The notes under the pieces: generated by a model
The model's database searches: none
Seen by the model: only the letters and a program-made list of their open reading frames with translations
Told to the model about the DNA's origin: nothing
Shown here: one piece after another, positions 27,642-36,847 of the stretch
Position numbering within the stretch: the stretch's first letter is position 1
How the letters are laid out: the number at the start of each line of letters is the position of its first letter
Source of the DNA: Promethearchaeota archaeon
Lineage (GTDB): Archaea; Asgardarchaeota; Lokiarchaeia; Sigyniarchaeales; SOKP01
Direction of reading: 5' to 3'
NCBI GenBank assembly: GCA_048939995.1
Contig: JBHLOY010000008.1
Span: forward strand, 106,835 to 170,834
Length of the DNA stretch: 64,000 nt
Position numbers and translations under genes: made by a program

Positions 27642-30128
27642 ATGTCCCATACAGAATCTAAAGAACTAATTCAGGCTAAAAAACTCATTGATGTATCTAA
27701 ACTCGATGAAGCGGACCACATTATTAAGAATTTTGAGGAAAAGGGAGGTCTAACTCTTCGTGATATAGTTTTCTGTCATTTTCTCAAGTGTAAGCTCTTA
27801 AGTGAGCGTGGATTAAATGAGGATGTTGTCAAACTTGCCGAAAAAACGCTTAAAGAGAGTTCAGGATTAGAAAGAAACCTTTTGTTGGTTGATATTTTAC
27901 TAGAAATGGCTTTAGCCCTATTACGCATTGCTAAAGTAGATAAAGCTTTCGAAATCATTAAACAGGGAGAAGACCTGCTAAAAACTTTAACACAAGAATT
28001 ATCCACAGAGTATAAGCAAAGAGAGGCATATACAGCCTTGCTTAAAGGATGGGCTTATGATCAAAAATCAGATATTGATCAGGCAATAAAACAGTTTGAA
28101 CTCAGTTTATCATTAAGAGAAGAGCTTGGGAATAAAAACGAAATTGCTCAAACACTTGTAGGAATTGCCCACATGTGTATAAAAAGAGGTGAATTTGACC
28201 GTGCTTTAAAATCCCTGGAGCAAGGAGTGGTTTTAGCCGAGGAAGGTGGTAATAAAGGGATTCTAGGACAATATTTATATTATATGGGAAGGGTACATAC
28301 ATTTAAAGTTGATTTTGACCGTAGTAGTATGTATATAAACCGTAGCTTGGCAATTTATAATAACCTTAATAATAAATTTATGATATCAAGGAATCTTGAC
28401 ACTCTAGGGGAAATTTATATGATTAAGGGGGAAATTGATAATAGTATTAGATTTTATGAGCAAAGTTTAGAACTTCTAAAAGAAATTAACAATAAATTAA
28501 TCATGAGTGATGTTTATAATAGTTTAGCTTTCTGTTACAAAATGAAAGGAGAATTAAATCGTGCTTTAGAATGTATAAAACAGGCTATGGCACTAACTAA
28601 TGAGTTAGGAACTTATAATCCCTATAATAATCATTTTCTAGTTCAAATATTTATTGATAAGGGTAATCTTGAACAGGCACAAATTTCACTTCTTGAATTC
28701 GAACAATTGAATAGTCAATACAAAAGTAGATTTATTAATTCAATGTATCTTCTTGATAAGGCTTTACTTTTGAAAACTAGTCCTCGAGCTCTCAATCGTG
28801 GTAAAGCTGAAGAAATACTAAAGCAACTCCTTGAAGATGGAAATTTATATTATGACATAAATTTAGAAGTATTACTTAATTTATGTGAACTACTCCTAAC
28901 TGATTTAAAAGTAACTAATGAAACAGAGATTTTAGAAGAGATTAAACCCCTTATTATCCAACTGTTAGATTTCTCTGAAAAGTCTCTTTCTTTTTGGGTT
29001 TTTGGGGAAACTTGCCTTCTACAAGCAAAATTGGCATTAATAGAATTGAATTTGGAAGAAGCTCGACGATTAATGACTAAAGGACAACAAATTGCAGAAA
29101 AATATGGACTTATTCAACTAGCTATAAAGATTTCAAACGAACATGATCAAATGCTTAAAAAACTAGAACTTTGGGAAAAAATAAAGGCCTCGAAAGCGCC
29201 CTTAGCAGAGCGTATAGAATTATCCCGCTTAAACGAACAAATGGAGGGAATGGTAAAGAGTCGCATAGATAAAATCCCAAAATTAGTAGCTGAACAGCCA
29301 GTTTTACTTACTATCATGTCAAGACAAGGGAGTATATTATTATCAAATCCATTTACTGCTGATGTAAAAATTGACAGCACTTTTTTTAGTGAGTTTCTAT
29401 CCTCTTGTAATACCTTTTGCGACCAAGTTCTTTCCGAATCATTTGATCGTGTGAAATTCGGTCAACATACAGTGCTTATCACAGCAATCGATTCTTTCTC
29501 TGTATGTTATATGTTCCAAGGGCAGACATACAGTGCCCGACAGAAATTACTCCACTTTTCAGATGCTATTAGAAAAGAACCTGAAATTATGAACAAACTA
29601 AAAGATGCTAATAGCAAGAATATAGAGATAAATGTAAATGAAACAGCATCTCTTGAGGAATCGATTTATGAAAGTTTTCTTTCAGATTCAGAGCAATTTC
29701 AGATGCCATTTAAGGCTTATGAAGGAGATGAATCATTTATTTTTGTCAGTTATTCTCACACTGACAGACTGCAGGTATATCCCATAATTGATTACCTTAA
29801 TAAGACCGGCATAAACGTTTGGTATGATGAAGGAATTCATGTAAGCGAAGATTGGAAAAACATAATTGCGGATAATTTGGAGCGATGTAGTGCTTTTCTC
29901 ATATTCATTACACCACATATAATTGATTCAGTAACAGTAAACAAGGAGATTAGCTTCGCCTTAAAAAAGCAAAAACCATTTTTTAGTATATACCTAAAAG
30001 AGACTCAATTGCCCAGTAAATTAGAATTTGAGATTGGAGATATTCAACACATGAAAAAATATCTTATGTCTGAAACCGAATTTTATAATAAATTAAATTC
30101 CTTATTTGGGAGAGTTTTAAAAAAGTAG
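27642..30128 (+). CDS. TPR-repeat protein with longin-like domain and C-terminal TIR domain
   Basis: TPR helices; PVLLTIMSRQG..FFSEFLSS..FDRVKFGQHTVL; TIR motifs FIFVSYSHTD, VWYD and SVTVNKEISFA. Confidence 0.85.
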   Translation: MSHTESKELIQAKKLIDVSKLDEADHIIKNFEEKGGLTLRDIVFCHFLKCKLLSERGLNEDVVKLAEKTLKESSGLERNLLLVDILLEMALALLRIAKVDKAFEIIKQGEDLLKTLTQELSTEYKQREAYTALLKGWAYDQKSDIDQAIKQFELSLSLREELGNKNEIAQTLVGIAHMCIKRGEFDRALKSLEQGVVLAEEGGNKGILGQYLYYMGRVHTFKVDFDRSSMYINRSLAIYNNLNNKFMISRNLDTLGEIYMIKGEIDNSIRFYEQSLELLKEINNKLIMSDVYNSLAFCYKMKGELNRALECIKQAMALTNELGTYNPYNNHFLVQIFIDKGNLEQAQISLLEFEQLNSQYKSRFINSMYLLDKALLLKTSPRALNRGKAEEILKQLLEDGNLYYDINLEVLLNLCELLLTDLKVTNETEILEEIKPLIIQLLDFSEKSLSFWVFGETCLLQAKLALIELNLEEARRLMTKGQQIAEKYGLIQLAIKISNEHDQMLKKLELWEKIKASKAPLAERIELSRLNEQMEGMVKSRIDKIPKLVAEQPVLLTIMSRQGSILLSNPFTADVKIDSTFFSEFLSSCNTFCDQVLSESFDRVKFGQHTVLITAIDSFSVCYMFQGQTYSARQKLLHFSDAIRKEPEIMNKLKDANSKNIEINVNETASLEESIYESFLSDSEQFQMPFKAYEGDESFIFVSYSHTDRLQVYPIIDYLNKTGINVWYDEGIHVSEDWKNIIADNLERCSAFLIFITPHIIDSVTVNKEISFALKKQKPFFSIYLKETQLPSKLEFEIGDIQHMKKYLMSETEFYNKLNSLFGRVLKK

Positions 30129-30200
30129 ATTCTACTTAATAGAGGTTGTAAAATAAATATATATATCTTAAATTTAATTTTTTTATCATGATTTTTTTTG

Positions 30201-30270
30201 TAATTTTCTTATCTTTTACATTATATTTAAAATTATTATTAGCTTAAACATTCATAAAGTTATAATCCAA
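30201..30270 (+). repeat. Duplicated upstream/promoter segment, copy 2
   Basis: TAATTTTCTTATCTTTTACATTATATTTAAAATTATTATTAGCTTAAACA.TCATAAAGTTATAATCCAA shared with 27546-27628. Confidence 0.85.
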
Positions 30271-30304
30271 ATTTTTCTGAAATTAGTCTTACCTGGCTAA
30301 GTAT

Positions 30305-32248
30305 ATGTCTAATTCAGAATCTAAGGTACTCACTCAGGCAAGAAGACTTATCGAAGAGTGTAAACTCGATGAAGCCCTCACACTCTTGAATAGTTACGAG
30401 CAAGAGGAAGGGCTCAGCCATCATGATAGAGCTTCTTGCCATTTAGTTCAATGTCAAATTTTTTTTTGGCAAGGAAAGCTCAAAGAGCTTATTAAACGTA
30501 CTGAACATATATATAGAGAAAGCGCAGAATGGGAAAGTAATCTCTTTATAATCGACAACTTACTTATAATGACGCATGTACAAGTAAAGCTTTTTAGATT
30601 TGATATAGCTTTTAATTTGATTAAGCAAGGAGAAGAACTTATAAAGTCACTTCCACAAGAATTAAAAGAAGCCTGCAAGCAAAGGGAAGCTTATCTAGCT
30701 TTTATAAAAGGATATTATTACAACTTAACCAGAGATTTAGATACCGCAGATCTTGCACTGAAATATTTGGAGCGCAGTTTAGTACTTCGAGAAGAATTGG
30801 GGATTCAGGCTGAAATTTCACAGTCTCTTGGTCAGATCGCATGGAATCTATTGATTTTTAAAGGTGAGATGGATCGTGCCTTAAAATATTCCGAGCGAAG
30901 TCTATCTCTTGCTAAAAAAAGTCGCAGAAAGTATTACGTCGCATCTAGTCTTCAGATTATGGCGCTTATTTATGCTTCTCTAGGGGAAATAGATCATTGT
31001 ATAAGAATTAATGAGCAAAGTTTAGAATTTTTCAATGAACTTAGCAATAAATATGGTATGGCATTAGTTCTTAACAATTTAAGTTATGATTATAACTTGA
31101 AAGGAGATTCAGATCGTGCATTAGAATGTATAGAACAAGCTATAGAACTAAACCGTGGTTTGGGGGATCTAAGTCAACTAACTAATAACCACGACTTTTT
31201 AATTGAAATATTAATAGATAGGGGAGATCTTGAGCGAGCACAGCAAAACCTTAACAACTTAGAGCATTTGACGCGTCAATTAAAAAATAAGCAATGGGAC
31301 TTAATGTATCTTCTTGATAAGGCTTTATTATTGAAAACAAGTCTTAGAGCACGCGATCGAGGCAAGGCTGAAGAATTATTGATACAACTCCTTGAAAATG
31401 AGAATAAAACTCATGATCTTAGTTATAGAGTTTTAATTAATTTATGTGAATTGCTCCTAACTGAATTACGAATAACTAATGATCTTAGTGTGTTGGATGA
31501 GTTAAATCAATTCCTTGGTCAACTGTTAGAACTTGCTGAAAAATCGCATTCGTACTGGATTATGGGAGAAACTTATCTTTTACAAGCTAAATTGGCATTA
31601 ATAAAGTTGGACTTTAAAAAGGCAAGAAAATTACTGACCCAAGGACAGCAAATTGCTGAAAAGTTTGGACTAAACGTGTTAGCAATTAATATCTCAGATG
31701 AACACGATGAATTACTTATTCAATTAGAAAGATGGGAGATATTAAAAAAATCTAAAGCATCTTTAGCTGAACGTATGGAATTATCACATTTAGGTGAAGA
31801 TATAAATCGAATGGTTAAAAAGCGTAGAATAGAGTTCAAAGAACCCGTTAATGAACTTCCAGTCGCAATTTTTATTATAGCGGAAAGTGGGTTGCCTGTT
31901 TTCACTCAATTGTTTGAAGTGGGATTATCTTTCGAAAATCATCTTCTTGGAGGATTCTTAACAGCTTTTAATGCATTTAGTGATGAATTTTTTTCTGAAG
32001 GCCTAGATCGTGCTACTTTTGGACAATATACCTTATTAATGAAGTCTATCACACCCTTCTCAATATGTTATCTTTTTAAAGGGAAAACTTACTCTGCTAA
32101 AAAAAGAATAAATTTATTTATAGAAAGTCTAATTAAGGAACAACAAATTTGGCAAACATTTTGCGAATTTTACAACGTAAATCGAGTAGTTCAATTAAAA
32201 GATCTTCCATTATTAAAAGTTCTGATAAAAAAAGTTTTTAAAGATTGA
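30305..32248 (+). CDS. TPR-repeat protein with longin-like C-terminal domain (TIR-less paralog of 27642-30128)
   Basis: Shared blocks MYLLDKALLLKTS.RA..RGKAEE and GET.LLQAKLALI; LLGGFLTAFNAFSDEFFSEGLDRATFGQYTLL. Confidence 0.85.
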   Translation: MSNSESKVLTQARRLIEECKLDEALTLLNSYEQEEGLSHHDRASCHLVQCQIFFWQGKLKELIKRTEHIYRESAEWESNLFIIDNLLIMTHVQVKLFRFDIAFNLIKQGEELIKSLPQELKEACKQREAYLAFIKGYYYNLTRDLDTADLALKYLERSLVLREELGIQAEISQSLGQIAWNLLIFKGEMDRALKYSERSLSLAKKSRRKYYVASSLQIMALIYASLGEIDHCIRINEQSLEFFNELSNKYGMALVLNNLSYDYNLKGDSDRALECIEQAIELNRGLGDLSQLTNNHDFLIEILIDRGDLERAQQNLNNLEHLTRQLKNKQWDLMYLLDKALLLKTSLRARDRGKAEELLIQLLENENKTHDLSYRVLINLCELLLTELRITNDLSVLDELNQFLGQLLELAEKSHSYWIMGETYLLQAKLALIKLDFKKARKLLTQGQQIAEKFGLNVLAINISDEHDELLIQLERWEILKKSKASLAERMELSHLGEDINRMVKKRRIEFKEPVNELPVAIFIIAESGLPVFTQLFEVGLSFENHLLGGFLTAFNAFSDEFFSEGLDRATFGQYTLLMKSITPFSICYLFKGKTYSAKKRINLFIESLIKEQQIWQTFCEFYNVNRVVQLKDLPLLKVLIKKVFKD

Positions 32249-32272
32249 AATTCGCATTTAAATAAATATTTA

Positions 32273-33046
32273 TTATAAGAAAAGTAATATTGTCCTCCCA
32301 GTCCAATTAGTTAAATAATGACATATCACTGAAGGCCAGATATTTCTTGTTTTCATGAAAATAATTCCATAATTTATCCCATGGACAAATTGAAATGTAA
32401 AATTCCAAAAAAACCATATCAGATTTCCATCATTAACAAATCTAATTACATTACCAGGAATATGAATTAACATGAAAAGAATACCTTGATATATAACCGC
32501 CTTTTTCTGTCCTAATGCTCTTTCTAATTTTGATTGTAGGATGGCCCTAAAAAAAAATTCTTCTAAAAATGCATTTGAATAAAAAAGAATTATTAAAACA
32601 TACCAGTAAAATTCACTCTGTTCCAATCGAAAAAAGCAGTAAATTCCAAGGAAGAGATAAGATATAATACTAAATATCGCTATAGAGGGCGATTCTATCT
32701 TATTAGTTAATCCAAAATCTGCTTTATTCCATTTATTTACATAAATCACAAAAGCTAAAGGAATAATTAGAATAAAGATAGTATTAAGAAGCACTCCAAT
32801 ATAGAACGAGTCCCCTATTAATTGTATGAAGATAGGGCTTAATAGGAAGATAGATACTGAAAAATATAGAAATACTATTCCCCATAAAAAAATGATTTCT
32901 TTAATTTCCTTCTTAGGTTTTTCTGATAGTTGAAAAGGTATTGGGTATTTTCCAATGAATTTTACCAAGAAGAGTAAAATTACTATTAAGAAGATAAAAA
33001 AGAGGATATAACCAAATTCCCCAAAAAAGAAATCCCAAATGTCCAT
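32273..33046 (-). CDS. CPBP/Abi intramembrane metalloprotease
   Basis: EEFFFR, FMLIH, HYLTN. Confidence 0.85.
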   Translation of the reverse strand: MDIWDFFFGEFGYILFFIFLIVILLFLVKFIGKYPIPFQLSEKPKKEIKEIIFLWGIVFLYFSVSIFLLSPIFIQLIGDSFYIGVLLNTIFILIIPLAFVIYVNKWNKADFGLTNKIESPSIAIFSIISYLFLGIYCFFRLEQSEFYWYVLIILFYSNAFLEEFFFRAILQSKLERALGQKKAVIYQGILFMLIHIPGNVIRFVNDGNLIWFFWNFTFQFVHGINYGIIFMKTRNIWPSVICHYLTNWTGRTILLFL

Positions 33047-33214
33047 TATAATACTTTTTACTTTATAATGATTAGCTATGAATTTCTTTGTAAACTTAAA
33101 AATTTTTATGATAAGGATTTATTATGTCTACTTATTTTATATAGGAAATATGCCCAATTCCATATTTTAAATACTAAATGAAAAATTTAAAAAAAAAAAA
33201 ATTTCTTATATAAT

Positions 33215-33619
33215 TTATTGCCATACTGCTAGTATTACTCCAGCAACCAGTAGTGCTACTAAGTAAGCACCATATTCTATTAAAAATAATTTAACTCCCC
33301 TGTCATTAAAGATGTTCTGGTTTACTGCCACCATTGCTATAAATGCGATCCATATGAGTAAGCTGAGCAAAAGAGCTGATGGTATATCATTCATCCCAGT
33401 TAAATCCATTAGAATTTCAAGTATCAGTACCGAAACAAAACTAGTAAATATCATTATAATGGTTTCTCTGATTATCTTTGATTTTTCTACACCTTCTTTT
33501 CCTACTAATTTAAGCCATGTATTTCCAAAAATATTAGGGTAGTACCAGAAAAATATTATAAAGCAATATATTACTGCTACAACGATCACACCTAACCAAT
33601 TAATATCTATTGCCATCAT
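33215..33619 (-). CDS. DUF1761-like membrane protein
   Basis: INWLGVIV, WY.P..FG..W, LFLI..G.YLV. Confidence 0.7.
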   Translation of the reverse strand: MMAIDINWLGVIVVAVIYCFIIFFWYYPNIFGNTWLKLVGKEGVEKSKIIRETIIMIFTSFVSVLILEILMDLTGMNDIPSALLLSLLIWIAFIAMVAVNQNIFNDRGVKLFLIEYGAYLVALLVAGVILAVWQ

Positions 33620-33864
33620 TGCTCACTTTTTATATGTTTAAGAAAATATAATTCAAATTTATTTAGGATTATCACAAAACATTATTTATTTGTTTTTTGT
33701 ATAAAATATAAATCGCGAAGATATACCCTATTTTGATGTAAAAACAATTTCATTTAAAAATTATTATTCTGTTTTTCAAGATAAAACTTATAAAAACTTT
33801 GAGAAATCATTAAATAATAAAAAGGATATTCTAGATTCAAATTTTTTATAAAAGGAGTGATATT

Positions 33865-34041
33865 ATGAAAAAAGTAAAATTACCCGAGAAATGTGAACAT
33901 TGTAATGCCGAGTTAGTTTGCTGTGAGGATAGTACCTCCCATACTAAGGATTCTCGCATTATTGAAGCACGGAAATGTCCTGAATGCGAGAGAGTGTATT
34001 ATATGGGCTACACCGATTATAATACATGGATCTCCCGATAA
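33865..34041 (+). CDS. Small (58 aa) zinc-ribbon protein
   Basis: Below the track cut-off. MKKVKLPEKCEHCNAELVCC...RKCPECERVYY has two CxxC; AGGAGTGA RBS upstream. Confidence 0.75.
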   Translation: MKKVKLPEKCEHCNAELVCCEDSTSHTKDSRIIEARKCPECERVYYMGYTDYNTWISR

Positions 34042-34062
34042 AACTTCGAATGCTTTTAGTAA

Positions 34063-34413
34063 TTATAACCAAGATATAATTTTCGAATTGGCAACCAATA
34101 GATCAACAAGATTTGCATACTCGATTTTTGCAATTTTATCCAAAATGAAATTTGGATTAATTCCACGAGCTTTAAGATCGGGTTGAAGAATATAAAAAGA
34201 AATAGGTAAATTAATAAGATCTAATAAATGTTTACTCATTTTAGACTTTTTGGTAAGTCCGATAACCGCGTCATGCATAAATACGAATGTGATATTTACT
34301 CCTAATTCTTTTTGTTCTTTTATGATATTTATCATTTTCTTTAATGGTCTGTAATTGTTTAAACTATAGCCAAAAAGATAAATAATGTTTTTAGACTTTT
34401 CCAATTTCGCCAC
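34063..34413 (-). CDS. dsrH: DsrH/TusB family protein (second copy)
   Basis: FMHDAV, DLKARGI, ends ISWL; paralog of 17314-17655. Confidence 0.85.
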   Translation of the reverse strand: MAKLEKSKNIIYLFGYSLNNYRPLKKMINIIKEQKELGVNITFVFMHDAVIGLTKKSKMSKHLLDLINLPISFYILQPDLKARGINPNFILDKIAKIEYANLVDLLVANSKIISWL

Positions 34414-34419
34414 CTCCTC

Positions 34420-34785
34420 CTAATATTTAAAACAAAAATCATTATCTAACAATAATTTAGAAATCGTCTTATAATCTATAATTTTTAAATGTTCATAAGG
34501 AATTAAGTCATTTTTATCAAGATCTAATGCTATAAGATCTTCAAGTGCAACAAGAATATGAAGTTCCGATAATTCGATTAACCTAATCATATCATCAAGC
34601 GAATCCATATTCAAATCCGAAGGGTTTACATTTTTATTAAGAAATAAAATCGCATCTCCTAAAAATAGCACTTGGCAAGTCTCAATATCTCCCATACTTA
34701 AAATTCCAGCAGCTAGTCTTATTGACTCAACCGCAGAATTTTTTCCAAAGGGAGAATCTTCACAAATTATCAAAATAGAAGTAAT
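34420..34785 (-). CDS. dsrF: DsrF/TusC family protein (second copy), probable ATT start
   Basis: SPFGKNSAVESIRL, CQVLFLGDA; alignment to 16931-17299 extends to ATT 34785, 6 nt after GGAGGTGA. Confidence 0.8.
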   Translation of the reverse strand: MTSILIICEDSPFGKNSAVESIRLAAGILSMGDIETCQVLFLGDAILFLNKNVNPSDLNMDSLDDMIRLIELSELHILVALEDLIALDLDKNDLIPYEHLKIIDYKTISKLLLDNDFCFKY

Positions 34786-34791
34786 GTATCC

Positions 34792-35160
34792 TCACCTCCC
34801 TGGTCCAAAAAATACAACTCGATCAGATTTACCGATTAGTTCTGAAAGTCCACCTAATCCATCCAAACATGCTCTTTTGATAAAATCTGATTCCTTTAAT
34901 CCAGTTATACTTATCCAGGTACTACAAGCAGCTATATCGGCATTACTTTTCTCAATAAATTTTTGAAGTCTTTTTGGTAAATCTCGAATCGAACTAAATA
35001 GTTTTCTATCTTTCTTAATGTTATATACTCCACTACCAAGGAAGAAAATGCCTGCTACTTGATGCCCTTTTTTAATAATAGCTTCTCCTAGATTAATTGC
35101 AGTATCTATTGCTTGATATTTATATGGTTCAGCGGTAATAACAAAAGAAAATTTTAGCAT
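34792..35160 (-). CDS. dsrE: DsrE/TusD sulfurtransferase (second copy)
   Basis: EPYKY, IFFLGSGVY, IAACSTW, GLSEL. Confidence 0.85.
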   Translation of the reverse strand: MLKFSFVITAEPYKYQAIDTAINLGEAIIKKGHQVAGIFFLGSGVYNIKKDRKLFSSIRDLPKRLQKFIEKSNADIAACSTWISITGLKESDFIKRACLDGLGGLSELIGKSDRVVFFGPGR

Positions 35161-35204
35161 ATTATTAAAAATACTTTAATCAATATTTTTAATTTATCAT
35201 TTTC

Positions 35205-36152
35205 TTATCCAGAGTAGTGTTCTTTTTCTGGATGAATCATATTGGTGAATTGAAAATCAAAAATATCTTTAATGCTGAGTTGCTTATTTACATAACCTAG
35301 ATTATGAAGAATCTGTATAAATCTCATTGTAGACCCTATATACTCTTCAGAAAGTGCAACGCAATATTTTGGTGAGATTTTAAGTACAGACAAAACATAT
35401 TTTGTATTAATAAATCCAAATGATTTTGAAATTATTTTAGCTGCTTTCTTTTTCTTATTTCTCAACATATATGAAGCTTTCTTGTGCTGTTCTAAAAAGG
35501 TTTTTCCTATATTATGATGATCTTTAATTAAGTTTTCATGAAAGAATATCCCATAGCTTGGATTATAAGACCATAATTCAAATGGGGGGATTATAATATG
35601 AGCGTTTAGTATAGTTGAAGCAAAAACACTTAACGAAGGAGTTCCAACACCTGCTTCTAACAAATTCCTTTTCATATCAACAGCAATGAATTCTGCCTGT
35701 TCATAATTAACTATTGTTATATCATTCTGTAAATCATGTTGTTTAAGATAATATCTAATTATTACATCATGAATAGAACCTTTACTTGGAACACCGACAG
35801 CTTTTCCTTTGAATTGAGAGAGTACCATATTCATATCACCATTTGATTCTTCCATTTTTTTGTATCTCATTTTAGCAATCATTATTGTGCCTTCTACATG
35901 ACCTCCAGCAACGCATTTAATAGGAACTCCAGAATCGATTCCAATAATAGCAGGAGGGAGCCCCATATATCCAATATCTAACCTACCTTCTCTAAAAGCT
36001 TTAACCATTGATGGTCCAGTTCCAAATAAAAACCAATCTATATCGCTTTTAATGTGTTTCTGAAAATCTTTTCTTTCCTTTAAAATGAAAGCTGTATGAT
36101 AAGCAGTGGATAAATAACCAATATTAACCTTATTTTTTTTGATATAAATCAC
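35205..36152 (-). CDS. NitT/TauT/SsuA/Thi5-fold substrate-binding-like protein lacking a signal peptide
   Basis: IGYL, GPSMV.AF..GRLDIGYMGLPPAI, GVPSKGSIHD; no N-terminal hydrophobic segment. Confidence 0.8.
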   Translation of the reverse strand: MIYIKKNKVNIGYLSTAYHTAFILKERKDFQKHIKSDIDWFLFGTGPSMVKAFREGRLDIGYMGLPPAIIGIDSGVPIKCVAGGHVEGTIMIAKMRYKKMEESNGDMNMVLSQFKGKAVGVPSKGSIHDVIIRYYLKQHDLQNDITIVNYEQAEFIAVDMKRNLLEAGVGTPSLSVFASTILNAHIIIPPFELWSYNPSYGIFFHENLIKDHHNIGKTFLEQHKKASYMLRNKKKKAAKIISKSFGFINTKYVLSVLKISPKYCVALSEEYIGSTMRFIQILHNLGYVNKQLSIKDIFDFQFTNMIHPEKEHYSG

Positions 36153-36269
36153 TATTCAATTTTATTAAAAATTAGAAAATTATGAACTATTATTTAAAAT
36201 TATAAAGGAAATAATTAATTCTTAAAAGTTATTTTTTAAATATAAGTGAATGATATTAAAAAAGATTAT

Positions 36270-36557
36270 ATGATCCAAATTAGAGTTTGTTTTTTCTCAG
36301 TAATAAGCGATTTTACTAATAAGGATGAAATCACATTATCTACTGATGAAAAATCTACTATTAAAGATGTCATAGATAAAATAACTCTAAATTTTGGAAG
36401 AAAGTTCGGAGAACTTGTATTAAAAACTCCGAATGAGATCAATGATTATATAATCGTTGCAAAGAATGGAAAAGATGTCCGTTCCTTAAATAATTTAAAA
36501 ACATTTTTACAGAATGGTGATGAAATCTCATTTTTACCTGCAATTGCGGGTGGATAG
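36270..36557 (+). CDS. MoaD/ThiS/SAMP ubiquitin-like sulfur carrier
   Basis: Beta-grasp pattern NGKDV..L....LQNGDEISFLPAIAGG ending in GG; start 36270 (ATG) or 36246 (GTG). Confidence 0.9.
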   Translation: MIQIRVCFFSVISDFTNKDEITLSTDEKSTIKDVIDKITLNFGRKFGELVLKTPNEINDYIIVAKNGKDVRSLNNLKTFLQNGDEISFLPAIAGG

Positions 36558-36580
36558 AAACAAGGAACGAGGAGAGTTTA

Positions 36581-36847
36581 TTAAATTCTTTTAAGTCTAA
36601 GCATCCATTCCTTAGGTTTTGAATTAATTGATTTTCCTTTTAAAAGTATTGCTAATTTTTGGCGTTTACAGCTATCAGGTATATTTTTAAGAGCGGGTTC
36701 AAAATCTAATATTACTTCCAAAATTTCATCCTTATTAAGCTTCTCAAGCTCTACTTTTGTATATACGAAAGTCATCGGACAAACTTTTCCTCTTATATCC
36801 AAAGAATGAACCTTCGTATCTTTTACTTCTTTACTTTTTACCGGCAG
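36581..36847 (-). CDS. tusA: TusA/SirA sulfur carrier (third copy), start uncertain
   Basis: LDIRGKVCPMT, LEVILD. TTG 36802 truncates the first strand; the frame is open to CTG 36847 / ATT 36850 after GGAGTGA. Confidence 0.8.
   Translation of the reverse strand: MPVKSKEVKDTKVHSLDIRGKVCPMTFVYTKVELEKLNKDEILEVILDFEPALKNIPDSCKRQKLAILLKGKSINSKPKEWMLRLKRI

Noticed and set aside
33923-34186. Track ORF of 87 aa on the plus strand
   Set aside because: Overlaps the RBS-supported Zn-ribbon ORF and antisense dsrH; no motif.
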